A DNA stretch of 64,000 nt from Mytilus edulis. Lineage: Eukaryota. The stretch is from NCBI RefSeq assembly GCF_963676685.1, contig NC_092346.1:94054001-94118000 (forward strand), in the 5' to 3' direction. Positions within the stretch are counted from its first letter, which is position 1, and every line of letters begins with the position of its first letter. The notes beneath the pieces were generated by a model. The model saw nothing but the letters and a program-made list of their open reading frames with translations. It did not search any database and had not been told where the DNA came from. A program made the position numbers and the translations under genes. Below are positions 1 through 13,739 of this stretch, in pieces.

Positions 1-863
1 TCTTTTAAACTAAGTTTTACTTTGTGCATTACTGTGTATTTTATTTATTCCACATTTAATAGATGTATAAGGGGTGGGTAAACATCTCAAATAATACAGT
101 CGCATTGTTGTGCTAAGATAAGAGATGTTGGTCAATTTTGACAAATTCGGCAAGATTTCAACCAAATTTAGGACCAAGAAACATAGAGCGCAGGCGTGGA
201 CACACTTAATATTCAAATAAGACACGTAAATTTAAAAGGAATACTTTGTTATTAATTTTAGTCACTTTCAGTAATTATAAACATGCTTTTATATGGAACT
301 TGTTTTCTCGAATTAACAAGAACGAGCGTATGAAAATTATGTCAAAGATGCAGCAATCTTCGAGTCCGATGTCATTATCGTCGTAAACATTATGGTTCGG
401 TCTGCGGTTAACATTTTATTGAGATAATGAAGTTGTCAAACCTCTTGATGGTGACTATAGTTACACACACATGTCTTTGTCTAGCTTAAATGGATTTGTA
501 TGATACCTTGTGTGATTCAGAGATATTTTTTAAGCTAAAAATTGATCTTATTTTAAAACATTATAATACTGGAGATAGTCTATGATTAAATTTTTAAAGA
601 CCCGATGAAATCTTCATGGATTGCTATGAAACTGCGACAACAGCTAATCTTAAAGATCAAGAATAGACATCTGGACATCGAAGGCGAGTCACAGTACCCG
701 TTAAAGAATACTTTTGTGTATTACATACTTTTAACTTGTATTCGTCGCTAATTGATATCAAAATTAGGAGGGGAAACATGTCGTTTAGATCTTAGTTTTC
801 TTTTTATATATTTTTCAAATATAAGAAACTTTGACTTGATAAAGCCGATAGTTTCTATTGAAA

Positions 864-1234
864 AGACCACTTTCGAGTTTGTCATACATCGGGAAAAAAC
901 TCGTCAGCTATGCTTGACTTTATGACGTCATTTACTAAATTGATGGATCGCCTGTATACCTGCACTAGTTGCGTTCATCAAGCGCCGTCATTGTACATTG
1001 ATTAACTAGAAGTAATGTTTGTTCAGTAGATACCTAATCACAATTCCCCGGTGACAGCAGTGCTGATAGTCATTTATGAGAATTCAATTTGCTGAATAAT
1101 TCGTGCAATATAGCAGCATATTATAGTTTTAACATCAATTGCTCAACATAGGAACGGGTATGACGATGCCCCTAGACGCAAAAATGATGTTTACTAAGTT
1201 TTTGACGAAAAAGCATCGAACTCGAAAGTTGACT
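864..1234. mobile_element. Putative MITE (~370 bp) with imperfect 16-bp TIRs
   Basis: AGACCACTTTCGAGTT at 864 versus AACTCGAAAGTTGACT ending 1234 (14/16 inverted match); non-coding interior. Confidence 0.45.
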
Positions 1235-3204
1235 ATTTAATAACCCTATGTTTGACATATTATTTATATATTTCAACCTTGCTAAACCACTTGTGTTTAC
1301 CACTAGACTTATGTATATTTGTATAATCGAAAAGATAAATGGAATCAGTCAGTAAATTTGGTTATATTTACTAATACAGTTTTAATTTCTTTATTTAGTT
1401 CTTCTATTGTATCAAATGACTATCTCTTAAAATTGGTTACAATATTTTAAATTGATTTCGTTTATTATTGATAATAATACTAATGATGATGTAAGATTGG
1501 GAGCAACAATGACAATTTGGCAATTGTCCAGAAATTTATATTCATAAGCCTAAATGTAATGTTCTTATATAAGAAATAATAGAAAACAACATACAAAATG
1601 ATTATTAGCGTAACTTGGCAGTTGTCTTACTACCAATACAAAAATTATTAATGAAGATTCCGTTATCGTTACATGGGAATGCCTTAAAACCTATGTGACC
1701 CTCGTCTTTTTATAATGCGTCTTATTCCAAGAATAAAAAAAACTGGTTAGTTCATAGCATGGATACGTTAATTGTCTCGTGGTCTGTAGTTACCCTCTGA
1801 AATAGATATGATGGTCTTGGTCTCATTTCATGACTCAATTGTTAATTTGGCTTCTAAGCACGTGACCACAACACGAATTTAATTTAAGCTTAATGTAATG
1901 CAACAAACAAGATAATAGCTTCCACCTGACCAAACACCATGCATCATAAAATTGCGAATGCAAAAGGGGAATGTGTCAAAGAGACAACAACCCGACAATA
2001 GAACAGACAACAGCAGAAGGAACATTTATATCGTATTGACTGAAGACGTAAATTCTTCTTGATTTAATGGAGTTCGCATCATACAGTCTTCTTACTCATT
2101 ATTAAACCATAACCGATCAAGATGATTCTTCGCAATGTTAACTAAACCAAAACCAATCAATGTAGTTTTCTCACTATTTTCTTCGCCATAAGATATCTAG
2201 TTGGTTGTCACTCTTTATAAAACATAAGGTTTATTAAGTTGTATTCAGTAGAAGGTCCGAGTAAAATCATACATGTAAAATATCTACATAGAAATAAAGC
2301 AATTGGATTTGTCAGCAAGATGGAAAGAGCTCAGAGAGACAGGTTTATAGCTCTGACGTAGTTTGAAGAGTGCATAGAAGACAAACAAAAAAAGTTTGAC
2401 ACATTGAGCTTTTGATTTTTCCATTTGATACGAGACTTTCCGTTTTAAATTTTCCTCGGAGTGCAGTATTTTAGTGATATCAAGACAGAGTACTCTCATT
2501 TACTGAAAGGCTTGTCATAGCCAATAAAAACAAATACAAAAATCATGTATCAAGCAGTAACTGTCCACGTCCAATGGAAAAGTCGTCATCAACACCCTGA
2601 GAAAACTATAACCTAGTGCAATGCCAAAATATAGGTATTGACAGGACCGTGAATGAACATATACGTATAGCAAAGGATTTAGTTTAATCTATTGATAACA
2701 AAATCAATTGTTATACCCATAAAACAGTGTTAAATTGGTAACTAGTAAAAGGGAGAATTTCTCTAAAAAACCCGAATAATGTTCCTAGGCAAATTATAGA
2801 GAACACTAATCAATCTATTTTACTTTTTGTAAACCCGGTTTATTTTTTTGTTTAATTCTTAGGCATATAAGGTGTATGTTTAATCTTATTAAATTTCTGC
2901 ATGCAATGTGTTCGATTTTAGTGTTTACTAGAAAGAATAGTATTATATCATTCTGTTTAACCTACAACTGATCATGATGTTCATGTTCGTTGACAATGAA
3001 AGGTCAGTTTACAAAACAAAAGACAAGATAGTTTATTCTGGTTTTGATGAGTAGTTCATGATCTATTATAAGACTGAATGTAACTTAAATGATCATTGAT
3101 AATAATAAAATTAATAATATGTGGTAAAATGATTGTCAACTCTCCACAAGAGACAATGTGACAGAAATTAATATCTACGGGTCACCGTAAGACCTTAAAC
3201 AATG

Positions 3205-3450
3205 AACAAATAATTATCACAGGTACCAGAATTATAATTTAATACGCCAGACTCATCAGTGACGCTCATATCAAAATATTTATAATGCCAAACAAGTACA
3301 AAGTTGAAGAGCATTGAGGATCCAAAATTTCAAAAAGTTGTGCCAAATACAGCTAAGGTAATCTATGCCTTGGATAAGAAAATCCTTAGTTTTTCGAAAA
3401 TTTCAAGGTTTTGTATGTGGGAAATTTATAAAAATGACCATATTTTGATC
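3205..3450 (-). mobile_element. Retrozyme-like repeat copy with hammerhead core deleted
   Basis: Reverse complement of the repeat at 11741-11874; reads ACGCCAGAC|TCATCAGTGACGCT, i.e. stems II/III removed by a deletion between two AGAC microhomologies. Confidence 0.7.
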
Positions 3451-4579
3451 TTGAGATCTTGTTAAAAAAATACCTAAAAATCTACCACTTATTGTTGAAT
3501 GTTTTCAATTCAAGAATTTCTTATAAGTCCATTTAGGATGTACACTCCTGAGGAGCCAAACATTTCTTAAAATTCTGGGTTTTCACAGAGTTAAGTTTGA
3601 TTATAATATTTTTAAAATTCATTATATTTTCCACATGTATCTAATATTTTGGAATTGATTTCAGAACGAGATTTCAACGAGACTGAAACTGCAGAAGAAT
3701 ACACCCTTAAATCAAACTGCTTTCCAGGTTAAACATTAAATCTAAAGAAAACTTAATGATTTATAAATGTGTCATATTTCTTATGTAACAAAAATGAATC
3801 AACATTTTAAAGACTGGACATATAACTTTAACTTCCCGTTTACTTATCTCGGTTTTTGTGTCCTTTTTATTCATCATTGAAAAATCTAACAAAATCACAG
3901 TTTTAGGGTTACTCTCTTACAATATCTATAATCTCGTTCAAACATGTTAAAAAATAGGGACGCTATTTTAGAAATAAAGTGTTACTATGTTGGGAAGACA
4001 TAAAATCGCCCTCATTGTGAAATAGAAAACTGGCCGTAACTAATCTGGTTTTGTACTTTTTAATTGACATACATCTTATTCTAGTTATAACCATTATTTC
4101 CATTATTTGGGTGAAAGATTCAGCCTAAATCAGAATGTTTTCCTTACGACGTGTAATTAAATATATGATATATATTTATATTTAGAGTAATATCATCGTT
4201 AATTACGATAGCTTATCACACCGTTTTATCTATCATATTTGGTATAAATAATTGGAATAAAATGTTCCGTGAGGAAGTTTTAACTTACTTCTTTTGAAGT
4301 TTTTTTTTATACAAGGGATTGCAATGATTAAAATTAATTAAGGACGTAGTAGCTGACGTAAGAGAGAAACATCCGTGAGATTATTAGAGTTCTGAAAAAA
4401 AATAGTAGTGGGCATACATTTTAGAAACAGGAACAACATGATAAGAAAAACAAGCCTAGTAATATCGCATCAACTGTACGTGTATTTGTCTATCTTGTAG
4501 ATATTATCTGTCTACCATTAACCTCATTTCGATGGTCTATTGGTCAATGTTAAGTGTTACTGCTGACATTAAAAAAGAA

Positions 4580-4820
4580 AATGAGGTATGATTGCCAATG
4601 AGACAACTTTTCACAGGGGACCAAATGACAGAAATTAACAACTATAGGTCACCGTACGACCTTCAACAATGAGCAAACCCCAATACCACATAGTCAACTA
4701 TAGAAGGCCCCGAAATGACAAATGTTAAACAAGTCAAATGCGAAATACACGGCCTAATTTATGTACAAAAAATAAACGAAAAGCAAATATGTTACACATC
4801 AACAAACGGCATCCACTAAA
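4580..4820 (+). repeat. Interspersed repeat family (GGTATGATTGCCAATGAGACAAC...GGTCACCGTACG); other copies at ~3120-3205, 6090-6210 (minus), 10265-10310, 19615-19810
   Basis: Multiple near-identical dispersed copies visible in the window. Confidence 0.7.
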
Positions 4821-6937
4821 GTTGGTTTATTAAATACTATAAGCGATATGTCAAGTATATTTGATAATTTTAAAGTTTATATGTCTCTCTGGCAGGGTTT
4901 TTCTGACATTGGCCTCATAATCATCTTTTATTGGTCAATATAAAGTTTTAAGGTTTGGTCTGTTTTAAGTAAACTATAATCAATAGGTCAACTTTATTCT
5001 GTGTGTGGAATGAATGTAACCTTGTGTACGTGTGATTCCGGCTTGGTTTTTCCGACCTTGACCTCATTTCTTCAAATGTGTTTATGTTTATGTGATATAC
5101 ATCCTGTTTGTCTTATTTATTTTTGTTTATTGTTAATATTAATCTGGCCATAATTTTTCTCGTTTGATTTCTTTACGTCATTTTTGAGTATTTTATATAG
5201 ATTCTATTACAGTATCATGGGTTTTTGCTTATTGTTATAGTCTTATGATTGCTAATTTCTACATCACTTGTGTTTTGGTGGAGTGTTGTTTCGATCATTG
5301 GTATTTTTAATGTTTCAATTTTGATAAAGAAATAAGTAAAACATAAATACAAGGGTATACAAATTGAAAACATTTTAAAACTAATGCTCCCGAATAACAT
5401 CTCTTTATCCACCCACCTCAGGATCGCCAAAACGCCAAATAGATAAAAACAAAACAAAAGCTGGGTGCAAAAATATCAAGCCTTGCAAGACTCACCCTAT
5501 TACGGCTATTTATAAAAATATAAAGAAGAATAAGACGCAGAATACACAATATTCTCGTTACCTTCACCATACTACAATCGATCATTGTGTTATTGATCTA
5601 TGATAGTTTTGATAATTCTTGTCTTTCATCTTTGCTAATGTGCTTTGTCTTTATGCCCTTTTGTGTTTATTTGATACATATGGCGTGGCACTGTACTTAC
5701 ACATCCCGTCATTGTGTAATTGTGCTATTATACATTTTTGTATTCTTGTTTTTAGGTTTACTAATGTGCTTTGTCTATATGCCTTTTGTGCTTTTTTGTT
5801 AAATATTTTTTTTTTTTTTTTTTTATAGTGAATAACATTATAACACAATGTTGACTGCTGTACCCCTATTTTTGAAATTTTTACCTGTTACGACTGTTCA
5901 TCTTGGTCATGATCATGATGATCTGTTCCACTTCGACTTTTTACATTGAATGTTCCTTCTCTCTGTTAAAGAAAAATTTCTGGACTATCCGTGTATTTAA
6001 CACGTTTGACTTATTTGTTCCAGTTGTACGATATTAGCTCTTTATTCACACCATGGACAATCCTCCAATTTCTTTTAAGATGAAGAACTATGCGGTAAGG
6101 GGTTTGTTCATTGTTGAAGGCCGTATGGTGACATATAGCTGTTGATTTTTGTGTCATTTTGGTCTCTTGTGGAGAGTAGTCTCATTGGCAATCATACCAC
6201 ATCTACTTTTTTCATAATCATTGAAAGCTATGTTCATTTGTTATGCTCATTATTGTCTAGTATTTCCTGAAATTGTATCATTCATATTTCTATTTTCCAT
6301 CTGTTTTTCTATTACAATGCAGGTCATTTTCTGCCTCATTAACTAAGACAAGGACGGTTTACTAAGACCAGCTAGAGTATTTTGTCTGACAAAGTATAAG
6401 TTGGTCATGTATGATTCAATTATAAAGTCACCTTGATAACCTTGATCGATTTCTGAAGATAATGTTTATTTTTACACCTTATTGCATATGAATTATGTTT
6501 AAGTTAATCATGTTAATATACACTCATGTATTTGTAAAGTATCTATAGAAAGATCTTCCTGTTTGTACTATAATTTATTTTTTTCTCGATTGTCTTTCGG
6601 GTAAAATACCTTGAATGAGGTTTTTAATTCCCTTTCTTGGAAAAAGCTTTAGAATTTGGAGGAAGTCTCGAAGAAAATCAAATATTCCTTATATAAATTA
6701 AACCATACAGTTTCCTCATGTTAGAACAACAAAACAATGGCCGAGAATGATGCTTCTAAAGTATGAATTAAGCCAAAAGATTCATAAAAAGTGTGCTATA
6801 TGAACACCAAAATAAGAGCGTTGTAAAATATCAAAAGCAGGATAGATTTTTTTTTATTGTAAACAAATGAATTGATAAAAATGAAACTATCTCACCATAA
6901 AACAACAACGTTAAATATCTTACTTCTAATCTGATAC

Positions 6938-9900
6938 TTAATGATCAACAGAAGCTCTAAAAACTCCAATTATATTTGACTTTTTTGAGTTATAAACGTA
7001 AGAACTGTCTGATACATGCATACTTATTAAATCGTTCTTCTTCAATTTAATTGGAAGGAAGATTCTACTAGTACTATACATTCCTCTTCTTTGGGGAATA
7101 TGAATTGTTCTTTCTGAGATGATAATAGTTAAGTTTTCAGACTTTAGCTGTACATAATGAAGGACCTCTGAATCCATTGTCGACATTTTATACCATGTTA
7201 ACTGTAGACACGCGTATAAGAAGTAAATGCCTTCTTTTGGAATAACTACTCCGGTTGTAACGTTATTGCCTTGTGCTCGTAATAACGTGTTTGTTGTCTT
7301 TTGAGTATTAGGATCTGAAATAGGAAAAATATAATCAACATTATTAAGCCGAAAATATAAATATTTTTAAATACAATGTATGGCTTCAATCATTTACATT
7401 CTTATGTATAACATATGTGACCCGCCATGACATTTCCATGCTTATGGAGGTAAACGTCATAATGCGAAAACGTCGATGTAAAGTTACGTAACGTAATCGG
7501 GGCACCTGTTATTGAATGTCTGATTTGTGTCATAAACTAAAATTGACTTTTTTCTTATCTTTAGGAACTTAAATATAATTTCGAATATGTAAACGGCAGA
7601 TTTTTTTACGAACAATATTTAATCATCATGGCAGGATAAAATAGAATTTATAATTCCCGTGTACAGATTTGCGACATAATTAATTTACGCAACTTATTAC
7701 TTTAAGATTTGATGTTTACAACTTTGATCTGCATCATTGAAAGGGCCTTTGGTTGGTATCTATAAATTACAGTAGCATTGCAGATAAATCGTAAAAATAA
7801 AATAGTAGAGAAGGACTATAAAATACGTAAATTAATTTCCTGTCCCGTATTAGTTTTGAGCTCTAGGTTTTCATCAAGGGGGATTACTCACGTTAAACTA
7901 TTTTTAGACAACAAACGAAATGTAAACTCGAAAGACAAAATATATTTTGTACATACTTTAAAGATGAAAAGGAATTTACTAGTAAGGCAAATTAATGGAG
8001 GGTAAAACGATATAATAATATGGCAAGTCAAAGTAGTGTTTTCTCTAACGCAAGTACTATACCGCTGGATTTGATTGATGAACAAGATGAAGATTTCGTC
8101 AACAAAATTGAAGAAGTCGATAGAATTTTTTTTGGGAATGTAGAAATAAATGAATTCAATGAATATGACTTTAACACAAACAATGATGATGACACAGATA
8201 ATGACGAGTCTGATAAAGAAAATACAGAGACTTGTCAGATAGCTTTCAGTGATTTAGACATAAATGAATCTGTCAAAGAAAAACAATTTCTCGAAAACAC
8301 TTGCAAATGTGAAAAACTACACAATAAAGTACCATGCAGCACTATTGTTAACCATGAAGTATTGTCTGAATATAGATATAGTTGTTTGGAAATGGACAAA
8401 AATGAGCTTGACATGATAATAAAAGTTCAACTGTTTGCACACAGAAACAATGACTCAAATGTTGATGCCAAAAAACATAAAAGCAAAGAAAGAGAAAGAA
8501 TAAATCAGCAGTATTATTTTAATGGCCACCAGATATGCAGAAAGACTTTTTTATTTGCACATGCAATTGGAAAATCTCAGCTAGATTCTATATCCAAATC
8601 ATTGGAAAAAGAAGGTTTAAAACCCAGGACTCATGGAAACACTGGTAAAACCCCTAAGCATGCTTTGGCCATAACTGATATCCAGAGAGTGAAGCATTTT
8701 ATTCAGGAATATGGTGTAAAATTTGGAGTCCCCTTGCCTGGTCGTTTGCCAAATCACAAAGACTTAAAGGTGACTTTACTGCCTTCAGATAAAACTAAAG
8801 CTGACATACATCAAATATATCAAGAAGCTGCATCTTCACTTAACTACAGGGCAATAAGTTTATCTGAGTTTAAGAAGTTGTGGTTAGAGCAGTGTCCACA
8901 AATAGTCCTCATGAAACCAGCAACAGATTTATGTTCAGCTTGTCAAAGCTTTACTGTCAGTTTAAGTAACACAGGAAATATGACAGAAGAAGAAAAGACA
9001 ATTTTGTTACAAAACTATGGTGGTCATGTTGAAAAGGCTAAGAAACAGAGAGACTATTACAGAGATCAATGCCAAGAAAGCAAGGAGAATTATACTCAGT
9101 TACCAGACAATCAAAGAAACAGAGGTAAGTACATTAAAGTTATATATAGTAATTGGTAAAAAGCATACATTTACATTTTTACAAGTACAAATGTACATGC
9201 ATGTAAATTTACATTGTGAGGATTATAATGTCATGAATGAACAAATCCTAATTGTGAACAACATGTTATAGTAGTCATGCTTATATTTGATTAAAGTGTA
9301 ATATGATATGAGCATGTACAAATGTATATATACACATACATATCTGCATACAAGCATATTACATTTGTTTATACAGTAATACATGTGTATATATACAATT
9401 TATTTGAAAATAGTAGATGTGGTATGATTGTCAATGAACAGACCTGTACAAAATGTACATTGAATAAACAGGTTCTGTATTTTCATGTCAATAAATAATT
9501 TTGTGTAAAATGTTCAATTTCATTCACATACATGTACATGCATGCTTAACATGTTTATAATTTGTACCTTACATGTACATTTGTGTATTACAAATGCATG
9601 TTATTATTTAAGGCACATTCAAGTTTTGAGTTGTATCTGTGAACATTTTTCAAAGTATTAATAATTTGAGACTAATTTGGTGATGCATGCATGTATCAGC
9701 CAGTTGATGCATTATAAACTATGGCAAATACCACATTTGCATTCCCTGTTGAATTGCATTCATAAACAAAAACACACAAAAAACTTATAAATTTTTTAAT
9801 AATTAAAGCTGTATACATGTATATTATTTGTGGTTTATTGTACATTATTTTTCATTATTTTGATTGTTACACATTATGTTTCAGGTCAACCACCACTTTC

Positions 9901-12900
9901 ATTTGAAGGAAGCATGCATTACAGCTTTGATTATGCACAGCAAATACACTATCCACACTATGCACAACAAGTGGGTCCATTGTTTTTCAAAACTCCAAGG
10001 AAATGTCAATGTTTTGGTATCTGTGCAGAAGGTTCAGGTAAATATTATGCTACAATTTTGTTTTTATATTCCTTAGTGAATAAATGTTAGTACAATGCAG
10101 TCAGCAGATGTTAAAAATATAGACATACATGTACTGTATGTGTTGTTTGCACTTTTATAAGACATGCATCTTATGTTTTTAACATTACTTTGGTTGAACA
10201 GTAATTTTTGTACAGTTACTATAGTTTGTTAGTTTGATCTTTTTTTGTTTATATAATTTAAGTGTGAGACAACTCTTCACAAGAGACCAAATGACACAGA
10301 AATTAACATGGTGTAAACATAATTATGGCATTCATTCATTGACCTTTTAGGATCACAGATATTTTACCTTGTTGATGAAAGTGAAGAGACTGGAAAGGGT
10401 GCAAATAGTGTAATTAGCATGCTACACCACCATTTTTAATATAAGTCATATGGGGAAACAACAGTCAAACTTCACATGGACAACTGTACAGGGCAGAACA
10501 AGAATAACTTTGTAATTTGGTATGTTTTATTTCTGTCATAAATATTAAGTGAAAATTTGCAATAAATCTTCATGTTGGTATAAACATGTAATTTTACATG
10601 CAAGTACCATATGTGAATGAAAATAGGCTTCTGTAAAATATTAGTGTATTTCCTTTTCCTTTTTATGATTCACCACTGAAACTTAAATTATTTAACTGTA
10701 CATCTTCAACCAGGATACCAGATAGGATGAATACACAATGAAATTATTCAAATAAATGTCTGTGATTGATTCAAATAAATGAGATTTAATATTTTGTTAG
10801 TTTTAATATACAAAAAAACTAGATGTTTGTATTGTTATGTAAGTTAAGACTTCATTTGATCATTAACATTACTGTTATTAAGAATATATTATTTTTCAAG
10901 GTATGGTATGTGGAGGGTATTGACAGGCAGACACAACAGTGTGGAATTTAGTTGTATGGAAGCTGGGCATACCAAATTTCATCCAGACTGGCATTTTGGA
11001 TTATGGAAGGTATTCAAAATTATTATACATTTACGTGTATGTGTCAAGAACTATAATAAAAAAAACATTTTAAAGAAAGTATTGAAGTAATGCATTAATT
11101 TCATCACTTTATACTTCATCAACAAGAACTATTATGGTTTCATATTTATCCCACTTGATTCAAGTGACTTGGATATTCATGGTTGTTTTAAGAACTTACA
11201 TTGACTTTTAATTTAACATGGCATATCAAACATTAGGTCCTTTGCATCACATAGAACATTTGTCTTAAACAAAGAAGATTAAAACTAGGGAATGGTCAAA
11301 CTTGGTCTAACTTGTAAGAACATGTTTTGCAAGTTGCCATCTTATTGTTCTCTGGTACAATTCTGGCAAACAAAACTTGATATTTAATTTACATTTTGTT
11401 CTTTTTAAGGTGAAATGGAGACATTATTCAGCAGAAACCTTACTGGAAATAGCCAAATCTGTTACAGATTCCTCAAGGAATAACCATAATATAGCACAAC
11501 TTTTTGATGATGAAGATTGCCCTGTTAAATTTTTCGACTGGAAATTATATTTACAGCAATTTTTTAAACAGTTGCCAGCACTAACAACATATCATCACTT
11601 TCGGATGATGAAGGAATCACCAGGAGTAGTTTTTGTTAGGGAGTATTGTGACAATGATGAAAAACAGTTTCGGTTGTTAAAAAATAGAGTTGTAATTAAC
11701 CCATTATCTGAACCAACGGAATTGCCAAAAAAGGGACTTGGATCCTCAATGCTCTTCAACCTTGTACTTGTTTGGCATTATAAATATTTTGATGTGAGCG
11801 TCACTGATGAGTCTTATGTAGACGAAACGCGCGTCTGGCGTACGAAATTATAATCCTGGTACCTTTGATAACTATTTGACTATTGTGAAATCTGTTTTCG
11901 TTTCTATTTCTGACTGTCTGATCGTATTTTTCATATGTGAAAGCATTAAGCAGCCAACTATCATTTACAAACCTGTGTTAGGTGCTGAGTATTCCCCTTT
12001 AATCAGCAAGGAAACTGTTAGGTTCTTTAGTCTTTCTTTACCAGTATACAAATTGGTATGGTTGGCTGTTTTGTTTTTTGTAAAGAGGACATGTTGACCT
12101 GAAATCTGTTTGCAAGTTATTTAATTTTTCATGAACAGATTCTTTAATTATTTAAAAAGAAACCGTATATGTAAAATGTAACCACACACCTGAATGTCAG
12201 TCTAAAAATAAGCTCATTCTGGTATAATTTTTAGAGGTTCAATCTTTTTCTTGGTGTAAATCATTTTACTGTGATACAAATTTACACATTAAAGATTATT
12301 GAAAATAGATAACATTACTTTTTTTATAATATACGAAAATATGATAATCTCAAATAGATGTATTTTATTTATTTGATAAACGATTATTGATTTTGTACAT
12401 CTATTATTAACAAAACGTGATTGGCATAAAGTACAGTAACGACATATGTCAAAGATAACGAATTCCGAAATAAAGGATTTTAAAAAGATCAATATATCCT
12501 ACTAAGAGGGGATACTAACGAAAAATTACTGACGAGAAAAAAAAAATTAAATTTCTTGAGCCAACAAGCGAAGGAATTTGCTTCCCATGAATAAAAAAAA
12601 AAACAAAAAAAAAAAAAAACGAATGTCAAAAGGAATGGTAAATTGAGATTTCCCATTCAATTACATGTGATCACTTTAAAAACGTGACAAACAATTGCAG
12701 TTAAAACAAAACACAAATAGCTTAGCGTCTCCGTGCGCGGTTATTAGATACCATGGATAACATACTCGTGCAAGTATATGACGGAGTTGAAACATAAAGA
12801 TATTCTTTAGATGAAGGAAAAACACAAATATAACACACTAGCTACCAACCAATTAATATCTAGCATATTTATTTATGATTATTACTTTTCATGAATCGTT

Positions 12901-13394
12901 TTATTATTGATGTGAATATTTTTTTTCTCGAGAGAGTACTTTGGTTTTTTATATGTTGTACAAATCCGACTTAAATCACTTTTATTTGTCCATCTATAGT
13001 ATAAGGTGTAATTACACTAAAAATATGTAATCACAATGAAGGACAGGCACTTATGATACTAACAGGCACTTACCATCATAATGAAAATAATAACAGCTTC
13101 TGTTGTAGAAACCATACTGTATGGAACTTTCCTCTGTCTGTTCTGTACAGCGTCGATGTCATTAATAGCATGGGACGACATAAATATGTGGTATGCATCC
13201 TGTGTTTTTTCTAGTTTTATGTTTTGTACTTTGTGACGTTGAATGGTTGAGATAGTGGCACATACAGCGATCACTATACAGCAAAATACGACACAGTTAA
13301 TTATTATTCCAATTCTATAATGGCAATGTGGACGATATTGTTTTGGAATATGTATTTTTTCTTCTGTTTCATTAAAGCCAGAATTCATACTCAT
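6938..13394 (-). CDS. TNF-superfamily ligand, type II membrane protein, copy A. Exons: ~13075/13130-13394 (cytoplasmic tail + TM helix), 11973-12098, 6938-7314 (TNF homology domain)
   Basis: Exon 1 has hydrophobic IGIIINCVVFCCIVIAVCATI. The 126-bp phase 1/1 exon reads GQHVLFTKNK...EYSAPNT with AG/GT sites. The last exon reads GVVIPKEGIYFLYACLQ...LKKNDLISMHVS...SNIIGVF, typical TNF-fold strands. Exon 1 donor is unresolved. Confidence 0.75.
7418..11740 (+). mobile_element. Sola(1)-like DNA transposon inserted in TNF intron; right end lost
   Basis: Absent from the paralogous intron (58700 region). Begins GTGACCCGCC right after ATAT (AWWT-type target). Contains a spliced DDD transposase, truncated by the retrozyme-like repeat at 11741. 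Confidence 0.65.
8020..11740 (+). pseudogene. Spliced Sola-like (DUF7869-type) DDD transposase. Exons 8020-9124, 9885-10037, 10351-10519, 10901-11009, 11410-~11740
   Basis: Canonical GT-AG introns join phase-compatible exons. Motifs YSFDYAQ, GKGANSVISMLHH, DNCTGQNKN, AGHTKFHPDW; Cys-rich N-terminus. In-frame TAA at 10437-10439 and a 3' truncation. Confidence 0.75.
11741..11874 (+). mobile_element. Retrozyme/Penelope-associated repeat fragment
   Basis: Same family as 3205-3450, 13740-14218, 39484-39962, 51405-51655 and 60835-61310; carries a hammerhead core. Confidence 0.75.
11798..11841 (+). ncRNA. Minimal type I hammerhead ribozyme
   Basis: GCGTCA-CTGATGA-GTC(TTATGTA)GAC-GAAA-C(GCGC)GTC^-TGGCGT: full catalytic core, stems I and II, and a short stem III with palindromic loop. 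Predicted cleavage after C11835. Confidence 0.85.
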
Positions 13395-13450
13395 TTGGAG
13401 TGAGACAGTAATTTATATTATAAAACAAATGGGCGATATCGAAACATGGT

Positions 13451-13460
13451 GGAATTTCCC
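13451..13460 (-). promoter_or_regulatory. Candidate NF-kB/Rel site upstream of TNF copy A
   Basis: GGGAAATTCC on the minus strand, ~60 bp upstream of the ATG at 13394; conserved at 60546-60555. Confidence 0.55.
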
Positions 13461-13739
13461 ATTATATAAATATCGCCAGCTCATATTCAGTTAATATAAC
13501 TTCCTGGGTGTTTTCTTTTTTGCAGTGTAAATATCCTTTTTAAATAGTTTCATCAGGATTATATACTTCAATATGTCTTATTTTATTTTAAGAAGTGTTT
13601 AAAGGAAGTTAAAACTAAGATTAATCATATTTTTCGTGACATTGTTTCTAATCGGAGTAATTTAATGCTATCATTTGACATACATATCCGTGCGCAAGTG
13701 TATTATTAAACGGATGAGTTGAAACAATTAATTAAAAAA

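Noticed and set aside
1053-1067. GACAGCAGTGCTGA copy of the Gypsy hairpin motif outside the element
   Set aside because: Single isolated copy inside an unrelated putative MITE; cannot be distinguished from chance
8020-9159. Stand-alone 379-aa host gene
   Set aside because: It is exon 1 of a spliced transposase; the ORF tail after 9124 is intron
11876-12097. Duplicated plus-strand ORF (also 59048-59296) as a small conserved protein
   Set aside because: It is the antisense shadow of TNF exon 2 within a recent duplication
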